From assembly GCA_039024555.1 (NCBI GenBank), contig JBCCQQ010000001.1, positions 1-64,000 of the forward strand: a stretch of DNA of 64,000 nucleotides. Direction: 5' to 3'. Shown in pieces: positions 20,403-28,934 of this stretch. The translations under genes and the position numbers were made by a program. The notes below the pieces were generated by a model, which was given only the letters and a program-made list of their open reading frames with translations, was not told the DNA's origin and ran no database searches. Source of the stretch: Cyanobacteria bacterium P01_D01_bin.156. Its GTDB lineage: Bacteria; Cyanobacteriota; Cyanobacteriia; Phormidesmidales; Phormidesmidaceae. The stretch's first letter is position 1, and each line of letters opens with the position of its first letter.

Positions 20403-22468
20403 AGTTCCATCTCCGCAAAGTGCTCAAGTAACATCCGATGGACAAAAATATAGCCACCACCAACTTTTTGAAGAAAGAGTCGATCGGCAGCATGATCGAG
20501 AAACCGGGCATAGTTCCAGGGAATATAGTCCATACGCTGAAGCATGAAGCGCAAGGAAAAATGTTGGAGGCAAGCGCCACCTCCAAAGGGCAAACAACAT
20601 AATATGCCTGATAATAGTCCAACAATTAAGCCACAGGTTATCCCATAGGGTGTTCCAAACATTAGCCCAAAGACAAATCCATAAAATAGTCCAATTGTTA
20701 TTCCAAATATTAGTCCAATCATCAAAGCATTTTGGGCTGATTTCCAAATACCTTGGTTTGGTAGATTTCTTTTATTCATTTCTGTAGATGTAATTCCATT
20801 TCTCATTCCAGAAACTAATCCAAACCATATGCCAATAAGTAACCCAATAAATAATCCCACTAGCCCTGTGAGTAATCCCGCGACTAATATGAAGGCTATA
20901 GCTAAAAGAATTGCAATGATTATTTCAATCAAGTCAATACTATCTAATATAAATAATGAAAAAGGCCGCAGGTTTTGTAATCCTTGAAATATCCACCCTA
21001 GGACTGACCAGAATAGACTCCAAAGGAAAATACCTATTGTTGTGCCTATGCCAGTAATTACTCCTGACAATAGTCCTAAATAGGGTCCCCATTTAAGTCC
21101 TCTCCGAAGAAAATCATATGCCTCTTTCCAAGACCACTTCAAATTCTCAACAGGTTTGATGCTATCGGAGAAACCAAATAATAAGCCAACAAAAATGCCG
21201 ATAATAAGCGCACTTTCCCGATGATATTGAATTCTTTGAAGCCTCTCTCCATAACAACTTGGCTGCATTTGTTCTATTAAGAATATAGTTTGAGATGATT
21301 CAACCATATGTTGAGCTAGCCAAGTTAACCAACGCTTTGTAGAACTATTGAAATACTTATCCTTAGTAGTTCCACGACGTTCCAACATTCGTTCTATGTA
21401 GGCATCGAACAAACGTCGACGAAAAGATTCACCTGAGTCTATCTGTGAAAATTTATCAAAGGACTCATCCTGATACGCAAGGCTCATAATGCTTAGTATC
21501 AATGGTGAGGAAGCAAGTGCCATAATTTCTTGGTTATGGTTGATGTATGTTCTTAATTCTGCTAAATGCTTTCCCACTTGCTCAAGATATTGATGAATTT
21601 GTTTGGGTGTTAGAGATTGCAAATAAATAGCACTTCTCAAGTTTAACTGTTCAGAAAGGGATTCATATACTCCAATACGGCAACAAACAACTATTTCAGT
21701 ACGGCCATAATCCCGGATAAATTGATTGAGAGCATGTATACATTTATCTTGAGCATTAGTTGAAACTTCATCTAATCCATCTAACAATAAAATGAATTGT
21801 TCTTCGTCAAGCCAGATTCTCCCTAAAGACTTTGATACCTTATAGGTTTCATCAAGTTGTTGGATTAACCAATCAGCAATTGTTTTTTGTTGATTGGCCC
21901 AAGATGATAAATTCAAAACTACTGGTAGTGATTGGCTCAGGTCCTTTTCAGTACGATTGATTAGGCTTTCTGCTAATTTTAAAAGAGTAACTGTTTTACC
22001 AGAGCCAGGTTCTCCCGAAATTAGCATGGTCCTACCGGCACCAATATTTTCGAAAATATTTTCTGCTGTTGTACCTAGAGGGAAGGTTTGTCGAGAAGCT
22101 GAGGAGAATTCTCCGATTTCATCTAAGGGATTTGGAACAAGCTCACTACGTTCCTCTAACCCAAGCTTAATTAGAACTTGGTTATGCAGTGACTTCTTTA
22201 ACACCCCATCAATCCAGAATTGTTTGATTTTACTGAGTAGAACTTTGCGCCATTCGTATTCTTGTCTACTTAACGTTTTTGCTAGACCTAGGGGTGCTTG
22301 AGGCACTTGAATACTGCTGTAGATATTAGTAATGTGGACCCCCCCCTCAATCTGCGTTTGATTGACAGTAAGGTCTTGTCCGGCAATACCTCCAATTTGG
22401 ACAGTCCCTAAAATACTGTCTGCAATATTCAAATTTTGATCAGGTGGCTTACTTGGTTGCTCACTCAT
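20399..22468 (-). CDS. NACHT NTPase paralogue with membrane region and N-terminal RHIM-like motif
   Basis: Same motifs as the downstream paralogue, whose start it overlaps by 4 nt. Confidence 0.92.
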   Translation of the reverse strand: MSEQPSKPPDQNLNIADSILGTVQIGGIAGQDLTVNQTQIEGGVHITNIYSSIQVPQAPLGLAKTLSRQEYEWRKVLLSKIKQFWIDGVLKKSLHNQVLIKLGLEERSELVPNPLDEIGEFSSASRQTFPLGTTAENIFENIGAGRTMLISGEPGSGKTVTLLKLAESLINRTEKDLSQSLPVVLNLSSWANQQKTIADWLIQQLDETYKVSKSLGRIWLDEEQFILLLDGLDEVSTNAQDKCIHALNQFIRDYGRTEIVVCCRIGVYESLSEQLNLRSAIYLQSLTPKQIHQYLEQVGKHLAELRTYINHNQEIMALASSPLILSIMSLAYQDESFDKFSQIDSGESFRRRLFDAYIERMLERRGTTKDKYFNSSTKRWLTWLAQHMVESSQTIFLIEQMQPSCYGERLQRIQYHRESALIIGIFVGLLFGFSDSIKPVENLKWSWKEAYDFLRRGLKWGPYLGLLSGVITGIGTTIGIFLWSLFWSVLGWIFQGLQNLRPFSLFILDSIDLIEIIIAILLAIAFILVAGLLTGLVGLFIGLLIGIWFGLVSGMRNGITSTEMNKRNLPNQGIWKSAQNALMIGLIFGITIGLFYGFVFGLMFGTPYGITCGLIVGLLSGILCCLPFGGGACLQHFSLRFMLQRMDYIPWNYARFLDHAADRLFLQKVGGGYIFVHRMLLEHFAEMEL

Positions 22469-22481
22469 TAGCGGGCTACCC

Positions 22482-22916
22482 TTAAATCAAGAAGCTTGTA
22501 GCCACGCCCAACCATGGGGTCACTGTTTCTAAAATTGGCTTTACCTTTCCCCACAGACTGGTTCCAGCCTCTACCGTTTCACCAGCTTCCTTCAAAACCT
22601 TCGTTGCCCGCTGCAAATTCTTAGCCGCAAATTCCTTATCCGGCTCATCGGCTTGGACCTCATCTTTAGCCGTATCAATACTCCGAACCGCCTTTTTCTT
22701 CTCTGCGGCTGGTAGTTCCGAATCCTCAAGCAGCGTCTTGAGCTGATCCAATAAATTCGCTACATCCCCAGGAGTTAGGGCCTGGTCAGCACTCCCTTCA
22801 CTAATCTGCTGAGTTTGAGTCACAGTTTGATCCCGACCAGCGATGCCGCCAATCTGGACATTCGACATCTGCCCCCCACTAATCTGGATTGATTGAGATG
22901 CCTTTTCCTCAGCCAT
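22482..22916 (-). CDS. 144-aa protein with an N-terminal RHIM-like motif and a helical-bundle domain
   Basis: MAEEKASQSIQISGGQMSNVQIGGIAGRDQTVTQTQQI, then amphipathic helices ending LWGKVKPILETVTPWLGV. First gene of the NACHT operon. Confidence 0.85.
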   Translation of the reverse strand: MAEEKASQSIQISGGQMSNVQIGGIAGRDQTVTQTQQISEGSADQALTPGDVANLLDQLKTLLEDSELPAAEKKKAVRSIDTAKDEVQADEPDKEFAAKNLQRATKVLKEAGETVEAGTSLWGKVKPILETVTPWLGVATSFLI

Positions 22917-23127
22917 AGACCTTTCACAGACTAAGCGATACGTCAGCAATCAAAGCATCACGGTCATAATGCCTGATTTATAACTAATTCCCACGATTGT
23001 AACGGTCTGTGGATCGTGATTTCAGTAAAGCTAACATTCAGAAACATGCAGGGTATTACAGACGCTGCTGAATGCCGCCATGACGACATTGCTTGCCTTG
23101 CCTCATCAAATTCGATAGGCACAGAGC

Positions 23128-23604
23128 ATGGCCCACTCATTAGCAGAGCTGCTCAGCGACTTTCCACCATCACACCATGCCTTCCATCCCACACTAGTTG
23201 ACGGACGTTACCACTACCGCCACATCGGTGCCGGTGTGCGCGACGACGATCGCCGTGGCATTTTCATTATCCTCAAACCCCACCCCGATGGCTGGATACC
23301 CGATGGACGCATCACCCTACGAAAAATCGAAGAAAAGGTAAGCGAAATTCCGCGATCACCCCAGGCGAAACGCAAACCGCCATTCACCGCCTGGACGGTC
23401 GAGGTCACCAAAAAAGGCACTGAGAAGCTAAACAAGGGTAGAACTCCTGACCCCAACGATTACAAACATAACCGTCTTGGCTACGCCTACTCCCATGCCG
23501 ATATGCATGGTCTAGATGTGTATTTGTTTGGTTATCCGTTCAATGGCTTTGTCTATATCCGCAAAAGCGATGAACTGCTTTACACGCAGACTAACCGTCA
23601 ATAA
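23128..23604 (+). CDS. Hypothetical protein with two copies of a small beta-rich module
   Basis: YRHIGAGV..GIFIIL..PDGRITLR and HNRLGYAY..GLDVYL..PFNGFVYIR. Confidence 0.65.
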   Translation: MAHSLAELLSDFPPSHHAFHPTLVDGRYHYRHIGAGVRDDDRRGIFIILKPHPDGWIPDGRITLRKIEEKVSEIPRSPQAKRKPPFTAWTVEVTKKGTEKLNKGRTPDPNDYKHNRLGYAYSHADMHGLDVYLFGYPFNGFVYIRKSDELLYTQTNRQ

Positions 23605-24232
23605 GGCCTGAAACCATAGCACCCTTTGCCTGCTCCTTTCCCTCAGCCCCTCGCCGCCAATCCCAAAACTGAAGCAAGGGCAGACTCGCCCGTCGCCGCT
23701 TATTATTAATCTGCTTTCGCAGCTGCTCCATCTGCTCGATGATTCCCCGGAAACGAAACGGTGTAATCAGGTCATAGGATTTCTGGAGGCTTTTAATATC
23801 ACAATAAGCCTTTCCCAAGAATTGATTTTTCAAAGGAATCCAGCGTTTTCCTTGAATCCTGATGCAGGATTTCCCTGCTCTAATTCCGATGGAATAGCCA
23901 CTGAAATAGATCGGCTCTTCCCGAATATCAGCCCACTGCTCATGGTCAAAAAATGGACTCCTACCCTTCGAGGCGATCAACACAAACGCATTCCGAAATC
24001 TGACATAGTGAATGGAAGCTTTGCCGCGATCGCGCCGATTCTTGCGCGTCTGACGACAGTGGGGAATCCGATATTTCCGAATCATTTTGTCATCAACCCG
24101 AATCAAATCCTTCCCCGGTGAAATCACATCAGCCACATAGAAGTAGTGCCCATGATTCAAAATGTAGGTAGCAAACCGCATCAAAAAATCCCCGAGTGAA
24201 TCCATTTCACATCGGTATCGTGGTCTATTCAT
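23591..24232 (-). CDS. Highly basic hypothetical protein, candidate partner of the upstream large RNA
   Basis: 213 aa, rich in Arg, Lys and aromatic residues (CRQTRKNRRDRGKASIHYVRF; INNKRRRASL). GGAG RBS. Same strand as the structured tract. Confidence 0.8.
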   Translation of the reverse strand: MNRPRYRCEMDSLGDFLMRFATYILNHGHYFYVADVISPGKDLIRVDDKMIRKYRIPHCRQTRKNRRDRGKASIHYVRFRNAFVLIASKGRSPFFDHEQWADIREEPIYFSGYSIGIRAGKSCIRIQGKRWIPLKNQFLGKAYCDIKSLQKSYDLITPFRFRGIIEQMEQLRKQINNKRRRASLPLLQFWDWRRGAEGKEQAKGAMVSGLIDG

Positions 24233-24474
24233 AGCGCTCCAATTCCGTGTGAGGAAGGTGAGATATCAAGCCTCTCACCAGGGCATACAAACCTTTCTCG
24301 TACAACAGAACCTCTATTTCCCCACGAGGATCGAATGCGCAACAGTGGACATAACAGTGACGCTCACGGATTTTTCCGCGTCGAAACTGTCTTCCTTAGA
24401 TCGTCAATTCTTCAATAATTGTCGATAGTTAACACATTAGTTGGGAGATCCTCATGTGAGCGTAATGCCGCATT

Positions 24475-25768
24475 AAAATAAAAGGCGTTGTAGGAATTTG
24501 AGCGATAGCGCGGCCAAGCAACCATCGCTCAAACCCACTCGACAAAGAGAGGTCGTCTGATTGACCATTGTCACAGGTCGGCACTTAAGGCGGATACCCA
24601 GGATTACCAGCCCTGGATCTGCTCCGCGCTGTTGATTAGATTCCAATTCAGCAGCGCTTACTCATTACTGAGCAAACCTCATCGCACCTGACTCTCACGG
24701 TTGCTACCTGAGCGTGATTCACTCTGCGGATACCCAGGGCAGCTAGCCCCCCGCTTTAAGATTGCAACCGCTTCCCCAGTCATCGAGAAAAAATCCTCAA
24801 CTCACTTAGGCCCGACTAGCATCGACATCCGTTACCGGAGCGATGGCGTGATAGTCACGCACCCTCTGCCCCCGTCACCGAGGGGAAGGCCAGAATCCAC
24901 ACTGCTAGCTGTTACACTATTCACCCTCACGGGCTTTCAGGAACCGGAAGACAGAAGTGTCGTTCCTTACGCTATGTGGACCATTTCGTACAGAATCAAA
25001 ACCATATGAGTCTGACCGCGCAGCACGCTTAATTCGCCCTAAAGAGCAGAACATTGAGCGCACACTTTTTCAGGTTAAGCTCTTCCTCCATCATTGCTTT
25101 TCTCGGCAATGAAGCCCGGCTCACGCTGCATACCAGCCTCACGACCAGTGCAGTATCACCCGTGGACGGTGAAGTTCCTCACGAAACTCCGAGTCCCCCT
25201 GAGCGGTAGGACTACGCGCCATTACAGCTCGTGCCCCAACAGTGAAGTCAATCTAGAAAGAGCGATCCATCTTCTAGGAACAATGACTCCAGCCGGACAG
25301 TTTCCACACTTCCGGCGATTTAGACAGTTACCCATCCTCACCCGCTTTATTTTTCTCGCACCTGTCAGTCATCCCGTAGCAGGGAAATGCCAACAGGCTT
25401 GTCCTGATCGCACGTCTTCACCCTTGAGTTGGAGCTACCTGTTGTAGCTCCCCCCGAGATGGGTCAAATGTCTGGTTTAGTCTCTCCACAGCGGAGCCTC
25501 TTGTACTGCTACAAGGCTATCCACTGACGACTTGTCGGGAGAGGAATTACCCTTTCATCTGCCCCTTGAGCTGGCCATGCGATTTTCACGGCTTACCAGC
25601 TCTACCTGTGGCCTCCCTGCACATGATTGCTAAGGGTACGCGCAATCCGTTGGAGTTCGTGGTGAGCGACCTCCTGATAACGTGTGCAGTTTATGGCCCA
25701 ATCAGACAATTCTCTTCACGAATGTTTGACTACAACACCCTGAGAATGCAGGAGTTTTAACCTCCTTA
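24475..25768 (-). ncRNA. Candidate large (about 1.3 kb) highly structured non-coding RNA
   Basis: No credible ORF. Dense hairpins, six closed by GNRA loops on the minus strand and several needing G-U pairs. Promoter-like element upstream and a long hairpin plus U tract at the end. Boundaries are approximate. Confidence 0.7.
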
Positions 25769-25773
25769 ACGTC

Positions 25774-25802
25774 GTTTTATGAAAGAGGTGGCATAGATGC
25801 AA
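25774..25802 (-). promoter_or_regulatory. Putative sigma70-type promoter of the large RNA
   Basis: Minus strand TTGCAT-17 nt-TAAAAC, with A tracts (UP-like) upstream. The -10 box is imperfect. Confidence 0.45.
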
Positions 25803-25952
25803 GGAGTTATTTTTATTCGTTTTTTCAATTTTGAGTCTTGATGTTGATAGTTAACTTTAAAGGGAAAGTTGTTGACTATAGTGAGTGTGTAACTTCTAAA
25901 CAGACAACCAATTTTCTCAAAGCTGTCAAATCGGCCAGCAAACCTTTACAAG

Positions 25953-26040
25953 ACACCAACACTCTTAAATATCAAGTATGATTTTAAGAGTGTAGTAGGT
26001 GTGTATCGAGGAGATTGATATCGAAGAGAATTTCCTCGAT
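25953..26040. other. Candidate oriT (two inverted repeats upstream of the relaxase)
   Basis: ACACTCTTAAA/TTTAAGAGTGT (25959-25993) and ATCGAGGA/TCCTCGAT (26005-26040), separated by a GT-rich strand. The nic site was not identified. Confidence 0.4.
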
Positions 26041-26195
26041 ATTAGAAATTTATTAACCCAACTGTAGTTATAGGCAGTTGATAGAATAGACAGAACTTGT
26101 GGCGGAGCCTGAAACGCGCATCAATATAATCAAGAATCCCCACCTAAAAGCCTCTACAGACTATGTATTCCTCTTGGAGTTCCTAGTAAAAACTT

Positions 26196-27449
26196 ATGCT
26201 TTCAGTTGGTCGAATTCACAACCGAGACTATCTTGTGAACCTTGCGAGAGATGACTACTACCAGGCAGGGGGTGAACCTCCAGGACACTGGTGGGGAAAA
26301 TATGCTGCATCACTAGAGTTGCCCTACCGAGTCACTACACAACATTTGCATCGACTGATGGATGGATATGAGCCGTTGAATGGCGAGGAGAAATTGGTGC
26401 TGAATGCCGGATCTCTCAAAAGAGAAATTGGTTGGGACTTTACATTCTCAGTTCCGAAAAGTCTGTCTGTCATATGGTCACAATCGGAACCCTCTATGCG
26501 GAAAGCGATTGAAGCGATTCAGGAAACAGCGGTGAGAAAAACGCTCGACTTTCTAGAAGAACGAGCCACTAGCCGTTGTGGAAAAGGAGGGAAGACTCGA
26601 AAGCCGGTAACGTTGGTGGCAGGACTATTTGAGCATGGAACTAGTCGGGAGCTAGACCCGAATCTTCACACACACAGCGCCCTGATTAATGTGGGAAGGC
26701 GAGTTGATGAGAACCCTGGACCAACTCAAAAGGAAACTGGAACGGTAGAGTTGAATCGTATGATAGATCGCAAGATGCTCCTCGGTGCCCTATATCGGGG
26801 AGAACTTGCAGCTCAGCTTTCGGAAAAGCTAGGGTTTGAGATTGGTCCACACCTGGGCGGCAAACCGGAATTGTGGGACATTAAAGGAGTTTCCCCTGAG
26901 TTGGTAAGTCTGTTTTCAAAACGAAGGAAACAGATTCAGAAATCCTTGAAAGCGAAAGGTTTGAACAGTGCGATCGCCGCGTCGGTGGCCGCGCTTGATA
27001 CCCGTGTAGAGAAAACGGACATTAATCGGCAGGAGCTATTCTCCGTTTGGAAGGTGATTGGCAAGTCTTTTGACTATCGCCCGCCAAACCCGAAATTCAT
27101 CCGACGAGATAAGGAAACAGCTAAGAGAAAGTTAGGGGCTGAAGCCCTGGCTATGCTTTTGGAAAAGGGGAGCAGCTTTACTGAAGACGAGGTAATACGA
27201 TTTATTGCTGAACGAGCACCGAAAATGGGCCTTGGTATTGACGATATTACCGCAGCGACAAGTGAGACGCTTGGTAGGGATGACCTGGTGCATCTTGGAG
27301 ATTTGGGTGACGGCAATCGCTACACCCTCAGGACGACCCATGAACGGGCAAAAGCTGCGATTGAAGCTATGGAATGGAACACCATAGAAAAGCAACCTCG
27401 CCCAGCTCCAAAGCAGGCATGTGAGCAGCAACTACGGCTAAATCTTTAG
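26196..27449 (+). CDS. mobF: MobF (TrwC/TraI family) relaxase without helicase domain
   Basis: MLSV start, DDYY, G-x-W-x-G, GWDFTFSVPKSLS, FEHGTSRELDPNLHTH, FSKRRKQI. Confidence 0.93.
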   Translation: MLSVGRIHNRDYLVNLARDDYYQAGGEPPGHWWGKYAASLELPYRVTTQHLHRLMDGYEPLNGEEKLVLNAGSLKREIGWDFTFSVPKSLSVIWSQSEPSMRKAIEAIQETAVRKTLDFLEERATSRCGKGGKTRKPVTLVAGLFEHGTSRELDPNLHTHSALINVGRRVDENPGPTQKETGTVELNRMIDRKMLLGALYRGELAAQLSEKLGFEIGPHLGGKPELWDIKGVSPELVSLFSKRRKQIQKSLKAKGLNSAIAASVAALDTRVEKTDINRQELFSVWKVIGKSFDYRPPNPKFIRRDKETAKRKLGAEALAMLLEKGSSFTEDEVIRFIAERAPKMGLGIDDITAATSETLGRDDLVHLGDLGDGNRYTLRTTHERAKAAIEAMEWNTIEKQPRPAPKQACEQQLRLNL

Positions 27450-27523
27450 TAAGAAACTAATAACTTTCCGGTTAATAGTATATTTGTACTGTATAGATAG
27501 AATAGTATCTCCATCTTGGTGCA

Positions 27524-28168
27524 ATGCCTCAGCAGCTTATTACTCAACAGCAGGCTGCACAATTAGTAGCCGCACTTCAGGAATGGTCTAACATCCCTGA
27601 GCAGAAAACCGTTGCGGATTTATTGGATGCTGTCCGACGACCAATCGCCCAAATGATCGGGAATGGTGTCAGTTATGACGACATAGCAGCTGAGTTGGTC
27701 GAGTTTGAAATTACGGTAACGGCTGATGCGATCGCAGCATACGTATTGCCAGCCAAGGGCAAAGGCAGCAAGCGGAATAGAAAATCAGCTCCCCCAGAAC
27801 TGCATAGTGCGATTTCAAACGACGTATTTGAGAAAGTAGTTGCTCGAATCAAGGAATTAGCCAAGCAGAAACGCGGCCTCACGCGCGCAGAATTTGTTGC
27901 CGCTAATTACCAGGTGATTGAGCTGTGTCTCGCAGCTGGAAAAAGCTATCCGAAAATAGCTGCATTCCTCGATACCCGCCAGGGCATAAAAGTTGCCGCA
28001 TCCACATTAGCGAAGTATCACCGCAAAGCAAAGCAAGCACGAATATCAGAGACCCAAACTACAGCAGATAGCCCCACTGTCCATTCAGTGCCCAGCGAAA
28101 GTCAACCCAAGGCAACTACTGGAGCACTGGCTGAACCAGAGATAGACATGTCGAGTTTCAATCTTTAG
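27524..28168 (+). CDS. Relaxosome/stability accessory DNA-binding protein (TraK/MobC/StbA-like, tandem HTH)
   Basis: Two repeats of I-x(4)-G-x-SY-x-x-IA (GVSYDDIA, GKSYPKIA). Located between the relaxase and a TraL-like ATPase. Confidence 0.6.
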   Translation: MPQQLITQQQAAQLVAALQEWSNIPEQKTVADLLDAVRRPIAQMIGNGVSYDDIAAELVEFEITVTADAIAAYVLPAKGKGSKRNRKSAPPELHSAISNDVFEKVVARIKELAKQKRGLTRAEFVAANYQVIELCLAAGKSYPKIAAFLDTRQGIKVAASTLAKYHRKAKQARISETQTTADSPTVHSVPSESQPKATTGALAEPEIDMSSFNL

Positions 28169-28181
28169 CCCTTAGCGGGAA

Positions 28182-28934
28182 GTGAGTAGTTCTGTGAAAA
28201 CTAAAATTATCGAATGGATTGGTGGTGAGAAGGGCGGCTGTGGTAAGTCGTTCTTTTGCCGTTCCCTAGCACAATATTTTGATGACCACGGGATACGGTA
28301 TACCTTGTTTGATACCGACCGAGCTAATCCTGACCTGGGGAGAATTTATCGCGATCGCGGCTGTCGCTTTGCGGTGCTCTCAGAAGCAGAGAAACATGAG
28401 GACTCACCAAATGCCATCTTCAATGCTGCCTCTACTGGTCGGGTCTTGGTCAATTTACCAGCACAATCATTTGTTCCATTGAAGACATGGATAGAAGGCC
28501 GAGATGTATTTGATCTCGCCCAGGATGAATCTATAGTCTTTCGCTTCTGGTTCGTAACCGATGGAGGGTTTGATTCAATAAAGCTCCTACGTCAGACCCT
28601 AGAATATTTTGGTGACAAAGTTTCTCATGTATTAGTGCGTAATGTTGGCCGAGGAGGCGATGACTGGTCCCACTTCGATCAAGACGAACAACTGCAAGCC
28701 TTACTCAAACAATGTCAGGTCAGTATTGTAGATCTACCCAGATACCCCTCTAATCGCCACAGGAATATCGTTGACTCAGACTCTATGACGTTTGGTCAGG
28801 CACGAAAGCACCAAGGTGAGTATGGGGCATTCTTCCGACAGAGTGCTCGCAAGTTTTTGCGGGATACATACGCAGCTCTCGAACAGTCAGGCATCCTATC
28901 AGCTGAGGTAGATAGTGATGACTCAGCAGCCTGA
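28182..28934 (+). CDS. MobD/TraL/StbB-like P-loop ATPase
   Basis: GGEKGGCGKS, FDTDRANPD, VLVNLPAQ. Confidence 0.8.
   Translation: MSSSVKTKIIEWIGGEKGGCGKSFFCRSLAQYFDDHGIRYTLFDTDRANPDLGRIYRDRGCRFAVLSEAEKHEDSPNAIFNAASTGRVLVNLPAQSFVPLKTWIEGRDVFDLAQDESIVFRFWFVTDGGFDSIKLLRQTLEYFGDKVSHVLVRNVGRGGDDWSHFDQDEQLQALLKQCQVSIVDLPRYPSNRHRNIVDSDSMTFGQARKHQGEYGAFFRQSARKFLRDTYAALEQSGILSAEVDSDDSAA

Noticed and set aside
24701..25760. Plus-strand ORFs 24701-25009, 25094-25447 and 25566-25760
   Set aside because: TTG starts, no recognisable RBS or motifs, and Pro/Ser/Arg-rich shadow composition. They are better explained as the antisense of the structured tract.
24240..25768. Group II intron interpretation of the structured tract
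   Set aside because: GTGCG occurs only internally. I found no domain V/VI at the 3' end, no RT ORF and no interrupted host gene. A covariance-model search is still needed to exclude it formally.
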